Assembly: GCA_003136295.1 (NCBI GenBank) | Contig: PLDZ01000232.1 | Location: 1-52,973, forward strand | DNA: 52,973 bases | Direction: 5' to 3' | Source of the DNA: Candidatus Dormiibacterota bacterium | GTDB lineage: Bacteria; Chloroflexota; Dormibacteria; Aeolococcales; Aeolococcaceae | Shown here: piece after piece, positions 9,657 through 19,820 of the stretch | How positions within the stretch are numbered: the first letter of the stretch is position 1 | How the letters are laid out: each line of letters opens with the position of its first letter | Translations under genes and position numbers: made by a program | Notes under the pieces: generated by a model | Databases searched by the model: none | What the model was told of the DNA's origin: nothing | The model's input: only the letters and a program-made list of their open reading frames with translations

Positions 9657-11195
9657 TTGACTGTGCGTCGACCAACTGCTGATGAAATTGCGGCTGCGGC
9701 CCTAGCCAATCACTTTCAGCTGAATGCCGAAGAGATCAGGGTCTACGCGAGTCTCATCGAGGACAGTCTTCGGTCGTTTGGTCGACTCGATCAACTCACT
9801 GAACACAGACCGATTTCGCGCTATCCACGAACAAACGGTCACCGCCCGACCCGCGAAGAGAATCCATTCGGCGGCTGGGCATGGAAGTGCTCTATTCGAG
9901 GTCCGGAGGGTGGCCCACTGAGTGGGCGGAGCGTCGCCTTGAAAGACGTGATCTCCGTTGCTGGTATTCCACTACAGCAGGGATCCGCGGTCATGCGCGA
10001 TTTCGTCTCTGACAACGACGCGACGATCGTGACGCGCCTCCTCGATGCCGGCGCTGAGGTCACCGGCAAGGCCACGTGTGAGAGCTTTTGCTTCTCCGGG
10101 TCATCGAACACATCGTTCCCGGAGCCGGTGAGAAACCCGCACGACCCGAACCGCATGACAGGTGGTTCCTCGAGTGGCTGCGCCGCGCTACTGGCTGCCG
10201 GCGCCTGTGACATTGCAATCGGCTGCGATCAAGGGGGTTCGATCCGGGAGCCCAGTGCTTACTGCGGCGTCTTCGGGCTGAAACCCACGTTCGGACTGGT
10301 CCCCTACACGGGGATCGCGTCCATCGAGCCGACCCTTGACCACGTGGGACCTATGGCGCGCACCGTCAGGGATATCGCAGCGGTGCTCCAGGTCATCGCC
10401 GGTCGCGACGAGCTGGACCCGCGAACGTTCTCGGCACCCGATCCCATCCCCGACTACGTGGCGGCGATTGGTCGCGGTTGTGAGGGCTTGTCGCTGGGCG
10501 TCCTCCGTGAAGGATTCGACTGGCCGAACGCATCCGAAACGGACGTCGAGGAGGGCGTTCGGCGGGCTGTTTCCCGCTTTCGTGAGTTGGGAGTCGATGT
10601 TCACGAGGTCTCCATTCCCATGCATCGCGATGCCGGACACATCTTCAACGCGATCATGACGGAGGGCTCCTGGTCAACGATGTTCCGGGACGCCGGCACC
10701 GGCCGTGGGTGGTCTGGCTTCCATGACACTCACCAGCTCGACTTCATGCAGAACGCTCTGCTCGCTCGCGGCAATGATCTACCCCATCAGGCAAAGCTGG
10801 TCACGGTACTCGCGACCTACATAGAGGCTCAGTGTGGCGGCCACTACTACGCGAAGGGACAGAACCTTCGGCGGCAATTGGTTCAGGCGTATGACGAGTG
10901 CCTGACCCACGTCGACCTACTGGTCATGCCCACCGTGCCCCAAAAAGCAACGACCTTCGATTCGAAGCGCTCCTTGCAAGAGGAGATCTTCCTGTCCGGC
11001 AACATGAATCAGAACACCGCCCCCTTTAGTCTCAGCGGGCATCCAGCGATCAGTGTTCCATGCGGGTTTTCGCAAAGGCTACCGATCGGCCTGATGCTCG
11101 TCGGCCGGCCGTGGGAGGAGTCGACGCTGCTGCGAGCTGCCGCCGGCTTCGAGAGGTTGGAGCCCGCGCGAATGCCGGGCGCCGGTCACTCCTAG
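9657..11195 (+). CDS. amidase (amidase-signature family)
   Basis: The amidase-signature motif GGSSSGCAALLAAGACDIAIGCDQGGSIREPSAYCGVFGLKPTFG is present. Start chosen at TTG 9657, 6 nt after AGGAG (9646-9650); GTG 9663 is an alternative. The longer ORF from 9558 overlaps lacI. Confidence 0.85.
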   Translation: MTVRRPTADEIAAAALANHFQLNAEEIRVYASLIEDSLRSFGRLDQLTEHRPISRYPRTNGHRPTREENPFGGWAWKCSIRGPEGGPLSGRSVALKDVISVAGIPLQQGSAVMRDFVSDNDATIVTRLLDAGAEVTGKATCESFCFSGSSNTSFPEPVRNPHDPNRMTGGSSSGCAALLAAGACDIAIGCDQGGSIREPSAYCGVFGLKPTFGLVPYTGIASIEPTLDHVGPMARTVRDIAAVLQVIAGRDELDPRTFSAPDPIPDYVAAIGRGCEGLSLGVLREGFDWPNASETDVEEGVRRAVSRFRELGVDVHEVSIPMHRDAGHIFNAIMTEGSWSTMFRDAGTGRGWSGFHDTHQLDFMQNALLARGNDLPHQAKLVTVLATYIEAQCGGHYYAKGQNLRRQLVQAYDECLTHVDLLVMPTVPQKATTFDSKRSLQEEIFLSGNMNQNTAPFSLSGHPAISVPCGFSQRLPIGLMLVGRPWEESTLLRAAAGFERLEPARMPGAGHS

Positions 11196-11256
11196 CTGCT
11201 AACCGCAGGCGTCACTGGTTTGATGCTGGGGACCTAGCCAGCAATGATCGGATCGT

Positions 11257-12582
11257 TCACGCGGGCGAGCGTGAGGCGAGGTCGCCCGCGGCCCATACCG
11301 AGCCGCGATTGAAGTCATAGTCGTGCAGCGACTCAGGCTTCATGGTGATGCTGTATCCGGGCGCCGAGGGTGCAATGTAGTGTGCATTACGGATAACAAC
11401 CGGATCGACAAAGTGTTCGTGGAGATGATCCACGTATTCGAGCACCCGGCCCTCCAAGGACGCGCCCACGCAGATGTAGTCGAAGAGTGAGATGTGCTGC
11501 ACGTACTCGCACAGGCCCACGCCGCCAGCATGCGGGCAGACGGGCACGCCGAACTTCGCGGCCATAAGCAAGACCGCGAGCACCTCGTTGAGGCCGCCCA
11601 GCCTGCAGCTATCGAGCTGACAGTAGTTGATCGCCTTCGCCTGGAAGAACTGCTTGAACATAACCCGGTTCTGACAGACCTCGCCTGTGGCCACGCCAAT
11701 TGGCCTGATCTGTTCCGCGATCGCACGATGTCCAAGAATGTCGTCCGGACTCGTGGGTTCCTCAATCCACAGCGGCTTGAACCGCGCGAGCGCCCGCATG
11801 TTGGTCACGGCCTCACCAACGTCCCACACCTGGTTTGCATCCATCATGAGCGTTCGCTGCCACCCGATCTCCTCGCGGATGATCTCCGCGCGGCGGATGT
11901 CCGTGGCAAGATTGGCACCGACCTTCTGCTTGAAGTGCGTCCATCCCTGAGCGATCCCGGTACGACAGAGTTCCCGCAGCTTCTCGTCCGAGTACCCCAA
12001 CCACCCCGCCGACGTCGTGTATGCGGGGAACCCAGTTTTCAGCATCCCGGCTTCTCGGAGGGCGCGAGTGCTCACATTGGCTCGCAGCATGTCCAGAGCC
12101 TCGGATGGCGTCAGGACGTCGGTGATGTAGCGGAAATCGATCGCCGCTACCACCTGCTCGGGAGGCATGTCGACCAGCAACTTCCACAGCGGTTTGCCCT
12201 CGGCTTTGGCGTACAGATCCCACACCGCGTTGACGATAGCCGCCGTTGCCAAATGGATGATCCCCTTCTCGGGCCCGAGCCAGCGCAGCTGCGAGTCGCT
12301 GGCCAGACCCCTCCAGAATCCAGCCATGTCGTCGCGGATGGACTCGAGCGTCCTCCCGATGACATGTCCTTCCAAGCTGTGGATGGCGGCAACGCACAAC
12401 TCAGTCCCTCGTCCGGCGGTGAAGGTCATTCCATGGCCCTTGATTCCATCGGACCTGTCGGTGCCGAGGATCACGTAGGCCGCCGAGTAGTCTGGGGACG
12501 GATGCATGGCATCCGAACCATCCAGATCGCGCGAGGTCGGAAAGCGAACGTCGATGGTGTCGACGCTGGTGATGGTGGTCAT
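11257..12582 (-). CDS. fucD: L-fuconate dehydratase (enolase superfamily, MR subgroup)
   Basis: Close resemblance over the full length to characterised FucD, as recalled from memory (DVRFPTSRDLDGSDAMHPSPDYSAAYV.., DSQLRWLGPEKG, YTTSAGWLGYSDEKL, WIEEPTSPDD, PHAGGVGLCE). The ATG at 12582 forms an ATGA overlap with the upstream stop. Confidence 0.9.
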   Translation of the reverse strand: MTTITSVDTIDVRFPTSRDLDGSDAMHPSPDYSAAYVILGTDRSDGIKGHGMTFTAGRGTELCVAAIHSLEGHVIGRTLESIRDDMAGFWRGLASDSQLRWLGPEKGIIHLATAAIVNAVWDLYAKAEGKPLWKLLVDMPPEQVVAAIDFRYITDVLTPSEALDMLRANVSTRALREAGMLKTGFPAYTTSAGWLGYSDEKLRELCRTGIAQGWTHFKQKVGANLATDIRRAEIIREEIGWQRTLMMDANQVWDVGEAVTNMRALARFKPLWIEEPTSPDDILGHRAIAEQIRPIGVATGEVCQNRVMFKQFFQAKAINYCQLDSCRLGGLNEVLAVLLMAAKFGVPVCPHAGGVGLCEYVQHISLFDYICVGASLEGRVLEYVDHLHEHFVDPVVIRNAHYIAPSAPGYSITMKPESLHDYDFNRGSVWAAGDLASRSPA

Positions 12583-13976
12583 GCGCTGGGGCTCGCCGTC
12601 CCCTGCGCATCGGCCGAGAGTCGCGCAAAGCTTTGCAGCATTGCGCAAGCGCACGCAACGCCAGCGGGCAGCAGGTCCAGCGAGAGCCGCTCGTTGGGTG
12701 AGTGAATGTTGCCGTCGGGGAGGTCAAAGCCAGTGATGATTGTTGGAATTCCTCGCTCAACGAGAGCCGGGAAGATCGGAATGCTGCCACCGCCGCGATA
12801 GAGCAGCGGCCTCGTACCGAGTGTTGCTTCAACGGCGTCCTGTCCAAGAACGAAAACCCGCTCACCAGGGTCTTGAAATGCAGCGGCGCTACTCCCCATG
12901 ACCTGTAGTTCGATCTCAGCCCCATCGGGTGCCGCCTCGCGGAGGAGCGTCTCGAGTTCGGCTGCGATCGTCGCCGGGTCCTGGCGCCAAGCAAGCCTCA
13001 TGCTCAGGTTCGCCTCTGCCACTACGGGGAGCACCGTCTTCATGAGGTACGGAGACCCGACCTCGATACCGTTGACATCCAAGCTGGGTTCAGCCGTGGT
13101 TCGAAGGTAGAAATCGCGCGCGGCATCGGGATAGGCGGGTTTCCCGCCCTGAGTGCTGAGAAGATGAGCACCCGGGGTTCGCTGCTCGATCGCTTCGAAC
13201 TGCTGCGCTGAATTCGACACCGTCCCAAATCTGAGCCGCGGCGGTAGCTGACCGTCAACCGGAAGCACACTCGCCAAAGTTTGGATCAGCGCATGGCTCG
13301 CATTGAGAGCGGCACCGCCGTACTGGCCCGAATGAAGGTCGCGCTCACCTGTTCGGACCTTGATGTGAACGTAGAGAAGGCCCCGGCACCCTACCGCAAA
13401 TGTCGGAGTGTCGCGGTCGAGCATCGCACTGTCGTAAATGAGGCATGCGTCTGCGCCGCGGGCGTCTTGCGTGATCCATCGGCCGATCGCCGGCCCTTCG
13501 ATCTCTTCTTCCCCATCGCACGCGAATCGCACGTTGACGGGAAGCGTTCCCTCCCGGGCGAGCCGCCGCACGGCTTCGAGCAACATGAACAGCTGACCCT
13601 TGTCGTCGGCTGTTCCACGTCCATAGATCCAGCCGTCACGTACGTCGAGAGAAAAGGGATCTGTGTCCCACAGGTCGAGCGGATCTGGAGGTTGCACGTC
13701 GAAGTGACCGTAGACGAGTACCGTTGGCGCGGTCTTCGACTCATGTGACGCGCGCACTTCGCCGATCGTCAGTGGCGCGTCACCCACCATCTCAACATCT
13801 GCCTCGCCTCCAGCCATCTGGATCCGACGACGAACCCATTCGGCCGCAGTACGAATGTCCCCGGCCCGTTCCGGATCAGCGCTAACGCTCGGTATGCCGA
13901 TGAATTCGGTCAGCTCGCTGAGCCACCCATCAATCTCGGCGCCTTCGATACCGAACCTGTTGACGACGTGTGTCAT
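12579..13976 (-). CDS. M20-family metallopeptidase/deacylase (ArgE/DapE/dipeptidase-like)
   Basis: Motifs YGHFDVQP and GRGTADDKG are present. The ATG at 13976 is preceded by GGAGGA (complement of 13982-13987). Confidence 0.85.
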   Translation of the reverse strand: MTHVVNRFGIEGAEIDGWLSELTEFIGIPSVSADPERAGDIRTAAEWVRRRIQMAGGEADVEMVGDAPLTIGEVRASHESKTAPTVLVYGHFDVQPPDPLDLWDTDPFSLDVRDGWIYGRGTADDKGQLFMLLEAVRRLAREGTLPVNVRFACDGEEEIEGPAIGRWITQDARGADACLIYDSAMLDRDTPTFAVGCRGLLYVHIKVRTGERDLHSGQYGGAALNASHALIQTLASVLPVDGQLPPRLRFGTVSNSAQQFEAIEQRTPGAHLLSTQGGKPAYPDAARDFYLRTTAEPSLDVNGIEVGSPYLMKTVLPVVAEANLSMRLAWRQDPATIAAELETLLREAAPDGAEIELQVMGSSAAAFQDPGERVFVLGQDAVEATLGTRPLLYRGGGSIPIFPALVERGIPTIITGFDLPDGNIHSPNERLSLDLLPAGVACACAMLQSFARLSADAQGTASPSA

Positions 13977-14032
13977 CGTGTTCCTCCACCGCTCGACGCA
14001 ACGAGGCAGAAACGCAGTTGAGCGATACGCAT

Positions 14033-15073
14033 TTACACAGCACGCACGGCGCGAGCAAGGTCGCTCGCCGAGATCCACCCCCCCGTCAAGATGACTCCCG
14101 TCATCTCTCCGGGCATCTGCTGAGCGAACCTGCGGAGCGCGGCGATGCCGGCGGCGGCCGCGGGTTCGATCACAACGCCTTCGTTGTGCAGCGCGTAGGA
14201 AATCGCGTTGGCCAACTCGTGTTCCTCAACAAGGATCATCGTCTCGAGAAAAGCGTTCATGACGCTGAGAGATAAGGCTCCCGGACGGCTGGTCGCCAAC
14301 CCGCCGGCAGACGTCCTGCAATCCGCGGACGTCATTGTCCCGTTGAGCCAGCTGAGTGTCGTCCCCGGGGCGAACGTGGATTGGACCCCGGTAATCGCGA
14401 TCTCACGGTCGAGCACCGCGGCAAGCCAGAGGCAGCTCGCAATCAGGTTTCCCCCGCCGACCGGAACGACCACGGAGTCGAGATCAGGGCGGTCCTCGAG
14501 CATCTCCCACAGCACCGTGGCGGCTCCTGCGAGGAGCGCGGCGTCCTCACCATCCTCGATGTAGGTCAGCCCGCGTTCTCGTGCCAACTGCAGCGCGAGG
14601 TCCGACGATTCATTAATGTCGTTCCCGTCAATGAGTACGGTGGCTCCGAGGCTCTGCATCGCGCCCCGTTTCACGGGATCGAGTGAGTGGGGAGCCACGA
14701 CGCTGACATCCATCCCCAAGAGGCGGCCGGCGTATGCGACTCCCTGACCGTGGTTGCCCGTACTCGCGGTGATCACGCCCGCTCGGCGTTGCTCCGGCCC
14801 CAATCCGGCCAAAGACCAGATCGCCCCCCTCGCCTTGAACGAACGGATTGAGGAGAGACACTCCAGCTTGAGGTGCACTGAACGTTGCGAATCGGAGGAG
14901 AGCTGCCTCGATGGCATCAGGGGGGTCTTCCAGAGCCGGCTGCTGATCAGTTCTCGAGCGGCCTCCAGCTGGGTTCTGCTCGGCAGCACGCCCAGCGTTT
15001 CGGCGCTCAGCGGCTGACGCGGCGAGTGCCGCTTGTACACCCCGGGGGTGCGTTCAGCCGAAGGTTGACCCAT
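14033..15073 (-). CDS. PLP-dependent enzyme of the threonine/serine dehydratase (tryptophan-synthase beta) fold
   Basis: The PLP-lysine motif SFKARGA and the motif ASTGNHGQGVAYA are present. The glycine-rich phosphate loop VPVGGGNL is also present. Confidence 0.85.
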   Translation of the reverse strand: MGQPSAERTPGVYKRHSPRQPLSAETLGVLPSRTQLEAARELISSRLWKTPLMPSRQLSSDSQRSVHLKLECLSSIRSFKARGAIWSLAGLGPEQRRAGVITASTGNHGQGVAYAGRLLGMDVSVVAPHSLDPVKRGAMQSLGATVLIDGNDINESSDLALQLARERGLTYIEDGEDAALLAGAATVLWEMLEDRPDLDSVVVPVGGGNLIASCLWLAAVLDREIAITGVQSTFAPGTTLSWLNGTMTSADCRTSAGGLATSRPGALSLSVMNAFLETMILVEEHELANAISYALHNEGVVIEPAAAAGIAALRRFAQQMPGEMTGVILTGGWISASDLARAVRAV

Positions 15074-15111
15074 GATCACGGCACGCGAATCTAGCACACT
15101 CTAGCCGGGTC

Positions 15112-15127
15112 GGAGAAACGTTTTCGT
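15112..15127. promoter_or_regulatory. candidate LacI-type palindromic operator (plus strand GGAGAAACGTTTTCGT)
   Basis: Read in the gene direction it is ACGAAAACGTTTCTCC, matching the 5764 site at 14 of 16 positions. It lies 39-54 nt upstream of the PLP-enzyme ATG (15073). Confidence 0.5.
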
Positions 15128-15178
15128 ACTCTGGCACTCCAACCGACCTCACGGAGGTCGCGCCTCCAGGCGATCCCG

Positions 15179-16384
15179 TCAACGGAAGGGGATGAGCGGG
15201 ACGGTGAGTCCAACGGCCAGGAGACTCATCAGCCCACCAACGATGAATGCGATCGTGGTTTGCCCTGTGGCGCACAGCCCTCCCGCCAGTGCGGCTCCGA
15301 GGGGCGTTCCCAGCCCATTGAGCGCCATTGAAACGGCCAGGGCGCGCCCTAACATCTCCGGGGGGATCCGTCGTTGACGAAGTCCGAACATCGAAACGTT
15401 TGCCGGCCCCACGCCGAGCCCCGATATGGACACTCCCAACAACACGAGTAAGAGAGGCCCATGGACGGCCAGGAGTAGCGTCCCCACACCCATGAGACCG
15501 CTTCCGGCCACGATGAATGAACGTTCGCGGAGTTCGCTGTTGTGTTGACCGACCACCACTCCCGAGACGAGCCCCACTACTCCGTACAGCGCAAAGATCA
15601 ACCCAGTCAGTGACGCGCTCCCCCCAAACTGGTGCTGCACGAGTACTGGGATCGCCACCAGCAGCACGCCCACGCGTGCGTTGAGAAGCGCGACCACCAC
15701 CGCCAAGCCCCGCAGCGTCGGATGCGACACGACGTAGCGGAGCCCGCGCCACGCCGAGGAGAACAGCCGCTCGCCCAATACCGGTGCACCTGTCGGGTCA
15801 CCCAGTCGGAAGGTCACCAGTGCCGCGCCCGCAAAAACCGCCGCGACGGCCACTACCCCAGCAACAGCGCCAGCAATCCCGATGACCGCGCCGCCAAGCG
15901 CTGGGCCGATCAACGTGGCTATCACGTCGGTACTTGAGTCGAGGGCGTTCGCCCGATCCCACAGCTGACGCGGGATAAGGATGGGGAAGATCGAACGCAT
16001 CCCGGTCTGGCTCAACGGCTGTGTCGTTCCAGCCAACAGCAGCAGTCCGATAAGAACGCCCGAACTCAGAAGCCCCGCGACGGCGAGCCAAGCAATCCCT
16101 CCGATCAACGCTGCGGCAAGTGAGTAGTCGACGAGCACGAGATAGCTGCGGCCGTATCGATCGAGCAGTGCACCAGCAAGAGGGCTGACCACCTTGCCAG
16201 GAACCTGACCGGCGACGACACTGACCCCGGCCAGCGCCGGAGAGTGGAAGCGCTGCAGAACGAAGAGCACGAGCACGAGTTGCCACATCGAGCTGCCCAC
16301 TCGTCCGAGCAACAGTCCGACCGTGATCCGTGAAACGCCACTGATCGCAAAGAGACTGCGATACGAGCTGTCGATGCTTGTCAC
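15179..16384 (-). CDS. MFS transporter
   Basis: About 12 hydrophobic segments and an MFS loop motif (LLDRYGRS). Confidence 0.85.
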   Translation of the reverse strand: MTSIDSSYRSLFAISGVSRITVGLLLGRVGSSMWQLVLVLFVLQRFHSPALAGVSVVAGQVPGKVVSPLAGALLDRYGRSYLVLVDYSLAAALIGGIAWLAVAGLLSSGVLIGLLLLAGTTQPLSQTGMRSIFPILIPRQLWDRANALDSSTDVIATLIGPALGGAVIGIAGAVAGVVAVAAVFAGAALVTFRLGDPTGAPVLGERLFSSAWRGLRYVVSHPTLRGLAVVVALLNARVGVLLVAIPVLVQHQFGGSASLTGLIFALYGVVGLVSGVVVGQHNSELRERSFIVAGSGLMGVGTLLLAVHGPLLLVLLGVSISGLGVGPANVSMFGLRQRRIPPEMLGRALAVSMALNGLGTPLGAALAGGLCATGQTTIAFIVGGLMSLLAVGLTVPLIPFR

Positions 16385-16394
16385 CGGGCACGCT

Positions 16395-17558
16395 TCAGCG
16401 CATCACCCGCACATCACGGTACGTTTGCTCAAGAAGATCGATCGCTTCCTCGCTGCCGCATCGGCCGAGGAGGAATCCATGCACGATGGAGCCACCGCGC
16501 TCTTGGAATCGAAGAAATCCAGGGAACCGAGGCCGCAGCCAGGAGCGCTCGAGCGTCTCCCTCGTATCGCGAAAGAACTCGCTCGACCTTCGATTGACGG
16601 TTGCATCCGTCCAGGCATCCGCATTGGCTGGTTGGCCGCCGCCCTCAAAGTAGACCGTGCGTTGACACCCGGCGCTCGCCAGCCAGGCTGCGAATCTCGA
16701 CGCTGCCTCAACGGAGCGACTACTCGCCGAGACGCCAATTCCGGCGCCACCGAGCACCGCCCCAACCGGGCCCAACGACCAGGAAGGGATATTGGTGAAC
16801 CTGACCAGCGCAGGGCGAAAGCCAGGCCGCGAGTAGTTCGAGTAGCCGAACAACAGCGGGCAGTACTGAAGGCGTTCATCGCTGACCATGGCTTCGAGGG
16901 CAGCGATCGGATTCATCGAGGCACACGCGCCCGGGACCAGGTGAGCCAGGTCGAGCATGTATTCGAGCACCTCGACGCCGACTACTTTCGGGATCACTAC
17001 GTCTTCGTCGACGAAGCACGGATGACCCAGATTCGCGATAAGAGTGAAGAAGCTCATGAGCGCGTCGACTGGCTTGTAAGGCCACACAACCTTCCCTGCT
17101 CGCGCCAGCTCGAGGACCTGCTCCCAGCTGGTTGGCGGCGCAGAAGCGCCGTCCTGCCGGTACGCCGACACTTGCGCAGCGGCGTCGATGGCAAGCGCCC
17201 ACTGATGACCGGCGAAGTGGTAGCTGTCATGGCTGCGGCCAACCGACTGCTCAGCTAGACGCGCCAAGTCCTCGGCCCCGATCATTTCGTCGAGCGGTGC
17301 GAGGCACTTGGTTGCGGCAACCTCGCCCACATGCGGATGATCAATGACGGCGAGGTCGTATGAACCCGCCAGCCCCTCGATCGGCACGTCAGCAAACTCC
17401 TGCAGTGTTCGCGCGTCCCAGCGAACCGTCACTCCGGTGTGCTGGGAGGAATACGCGCCGGTCGCGGCCAGAAGCGGCCCGAGCCCACGCGGGTGGTCCC
17501 AGGTGATCCCGGTCAGTTCGGCTGACCCACGACCGCCATCGCTCGACCTCAAGCCCAA
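16395..17558 (-). CDS. ABC-type solute-binding-protein-like protein with no recognisable signal peptide
   Basis: The translation resembles family-1 extracellular solute-binding proteins (ITWDHPRG.., YDLAVIDHP.., FAGHQWALAIDAAAQV). The N-terminus is hydrophilic and the start is uncertain. Confidence 0.65.
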   Translation of the reverse strand: MGLRSSDGGRGSAELTGITWDHPRGLGPLLAATGAYSSQHTGVTVRWDARTLQEFADVPIEGLAGSYDLAVIDHPHVGEVAATKCLAPLDEMIGAEDLARLAEQSVGRSHDSYHFAGHQWALAIDAAAQVSAYRQDGASAPPTSWEQVLELARAGKVVWPYKPVDALMSFFTLIANLGHPCFVDEDVVIPKVVGVEVLEYMLDLAHLVPGACASMNPIAALEAMVSDERLQYCPLLFGYSNYSRPGFRPALVRFTNIPSWSLGPVGAVLGGAGIGVSASSRSVEAASRFAAWLASAGCQRTVYFEGGGQPANADAWTDATVNRRSSEFFRDTRETLERSWLRPRFPGFLRFQERGGSIVHGFLLGRCGSEEAIDLLEQTYRDVRVMR

Positions 17559-17585
17559 TCAGAGGGTCTCCCAAGCTCGCTTGTC

Positions 17586-17601
17586 ACGGAATCGTTTCTC
17601 T
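17586..17601. promoter_or_regulatory. weaker operator-like site ACGGAATCGTTTCTCT
   Basis: It matches the 5764 site at 11 of 16 positions. It lies 28-43 nt upstream of the SBP-like gene start (17558). Confidence 0.25.
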
Positions 17602-18182
17602 GATAGAGTCCGCCGGTCATGGGGCGGTTGTCAACCCAGGTTGAGCAATCCAGACCCGGGGAGTGGTGCACTGCCCGTCGGCCTCCCCGTGTGAACCCGC
17701 GAAACGCCACCTTCGGCGCCATCCGTACTTGCTTCGAGCTGAACACGTCGTGATCGGAACGGCGATCACCGGCTCTGACAATGCCTGCGAATGCATGGAT
17801 GAAGCTCGGCGGCTCGGCCAAACCGGAGGGCACGTGAGCAGGGTTGACACTCCATTGCACGTGGTCCTAGGATTGCGGCGCCGATGGCCTGCTGGCCTGA
17901 CCAGTCGACACAGGAGAAGCGTCGAAGCGTGCACGATAGAACGATCTCGGAGCGCAGGCCGCCTCGTCGCGGGGCCGACCAGGGTGAGTGACGTCGCCCT
18001 ACCCGTGGGTGGGACGTTGCTGGGAGATGTCCCTTGCGCGTTCGCTCCGCGATTGAAGCGGGTTGATCGACACGCGCGTCGCGGTTGCGACACGCACTCT
18101 GTGGGCCTATTCAACGAGGGCCTCTCGGCTTGATGTCAGTACGAGCTACTTTGCAATAGAAATTAGGAGGTCATGGTTCGTG

Positions 18183-19820
18183 ATGGATCAGAAACTCACG
18201 CGGCGAGGCTTTCTAGAGGGCAGCGGGCTTGCCGCACTCATGGTGGTGGGCGGGCCCGCACTGCTCTCAGCGTGCGGAGCCGCCACCTCAGCGACCAAAG
18301 GCTCGTCGTCGCTACGCATCGGACTACTTACCGACCAAGACACCCTCAACGTCTTCACCTCCGTCGACGCGCCCGAACTCTTCCGCTGCGTCTACGACAA
18401 CCTGATGGCCTATGACGCCCACCTGAATCCGCAACTCCAGCTGGCCAAGACGAAGACGGCTAGTGCGGACGGTAAGACGCTCACGTACACACTGCAACCT
18501 GGAGCGAAATTCCACGACGGAACTCCGGTGACCTCGGCGGATGTCAAATTCAGCTACGACCTCGTCGTGAAGACCGGTTTGAGCGGCGCAGCATTCTTCA
18601 TCCATACTCTCGTATCCACCGCAGCCCCAGATCCCGGCACGTTTGTAGCGACGTTCAGCGATCCTCCGGCCGACGATCCAGGTCTCTTTGTGCCCATCGT
18701 GCCGCAACATATCTGGGGCTCACTCGCTAAAGGTAAGATTGCCGCGTTCACCAACGATGCCATGATCGGATCAGGACCATTCAAATTCGTTGAATGGAAG
18801 CACGGCCAATCCTGGAAAATCGAGCGGAATCCTGATTACTGGGGCACCAAGGCCGGTCTCGAGTCCGCCAGCTGGATCGTCTTTCAGAACGAGGAGACTC
18901 TTGCGCTCGCACTTCGACAGGGAGAGATCGACCTCACTTATCCACTCACCGCCACCATCTTTGCCGGCCTCCGAAATACGTCGAACGTTGACGCGGTCCG
19001 GTATCAGGCGATTGAGTTCGTTCACTTCGGGTTCAACTTGTCGACCAATCCGAAATCGACCGGGAATCCGCTGCTGCGAGACAAGGTCATTCGCCAAGCG
19101 ATGGCCTACGGAACGGATAAGAACAAGATCGTTCAACTGGTGCTCGAGGGCTACGGTACGCCCGGCACTACGGTGATCATGCCCGCCTTCAGTGAGTGGT
19201 TTCTCAACATTCCAGCCTCGGAGCAATACGCATACAACCCTCAGCTCGCCAACAGCATTCTCGACCAAGCGGGATACGCGCAGACCAGCAGCGGCATCCG
19301 ACAGAGCCCTGGGGGCAAACCACTGCACTTCAGACTCTTCGCATCCACTGTCATCCCTCTGCTTGCGCCGGCGGCTCAGCTCCTGATACCGATGATGAAG
19401 GCGATCGGCATACAGATGGATCTCACCACGATGTCCGATCCGTCGCTTTCGAATCAGGTATTCACGCTGATCGACTATGACGCCTTCGTGTGGGACTGGT
19501 TCTCCACACCTACCCCGACCTTCATGTTGTCTGTCGAGACGACCGGGGCAATCGGAACGCTGTCGGACACGTACTACAGCAATCCGGCGTACGACCAACT
19601 GGTCGCCCTTGAGGCGAAGACCACCGACTTGAAGACACGGCAGCAGCTCGTCTACGAGGCGCAGAAGATCTTCTATGAAGATGCCGCGTACATCATTCTC
19701 TTCTACCTCGACGCTCTGATGGCACACCGCACGGATACGATTGCGGGATGGTCAAACGTCCCCGGCGGGATCGTGAACAACAACACCGCAGCAGGGATCG
19801 TCAACCTCAAGCCAGCATGA
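18183..19820 (+). CDS. ABC transporter substrate-binding lipoprotein, family 5 (peptide/opine/nickel type)
   Basis: ATG 18183 follows AGGAGG. A Tat-like leader with lipobox is present (RRGFLEGSGLAALMVVGGPALLSAC). The body is typical of family 5 (FHDGTPVTSADVKFSY, GSGPFKFVEW). Confidence 0.9.
   Translation: MDQKLTRRGFLEGSGLAALMVVGGPALLSACGAATSATKGSSSLRIGLLTDQDTLNVFTSVDAPELFRCVYDNLMAYDAHLNPQLQLAKTKTASADGKTLTYTLQPGAKFHDGTPVTSADVKFSYDLVVKTGLSGAAFFIHTLVSTAAPDPGTFVATFSDPPADDPGLFVPIVPQHIWGSLAKGKIAAFTNDAMIGSGPFKFVEWKHGQSWKIERNPDYWGTKAGLESASWIVFQNEETLALALRQGEIDLTYPLTATIFAGLRNTSNVDAVRYQAIEFVHFGFNLSTNPKSTGNPLLRDKVIRQAMAYGTDKNKIVQLVLEGYGTPGTTVIMPAFSEWFLNIPASEQYAYNPQLANSILDQAGYAQTSSGIRQSPGGKPLHFRLFASTVIPLLAPAAQLLIPMMKAIGIQMDLTTMSDPSLSNQVFTLIDYDAFVWDWFSTPTPTFMLSVETTGAIGTLSDTYYSNPAYDQLVALEAKTTDLKTRQQLVYEAQKIFYEDAAYIILFYLDALMAHRTDTIAGWSNVPGGIVNNNTAAGIVNLKPA

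Noticed and set aside
11494-12705. 403-aa plus-strand ORF
   Set aside because: It is antisense to the FucD-like gene, has low-complexity Arg/Pro-rich translation and shows no motifs.
16323-17258. 311-aa plus-strand ORF
   Set aside because: It is antisense to the SBP-like gene. Its Arg-rich composition is not protein-like.
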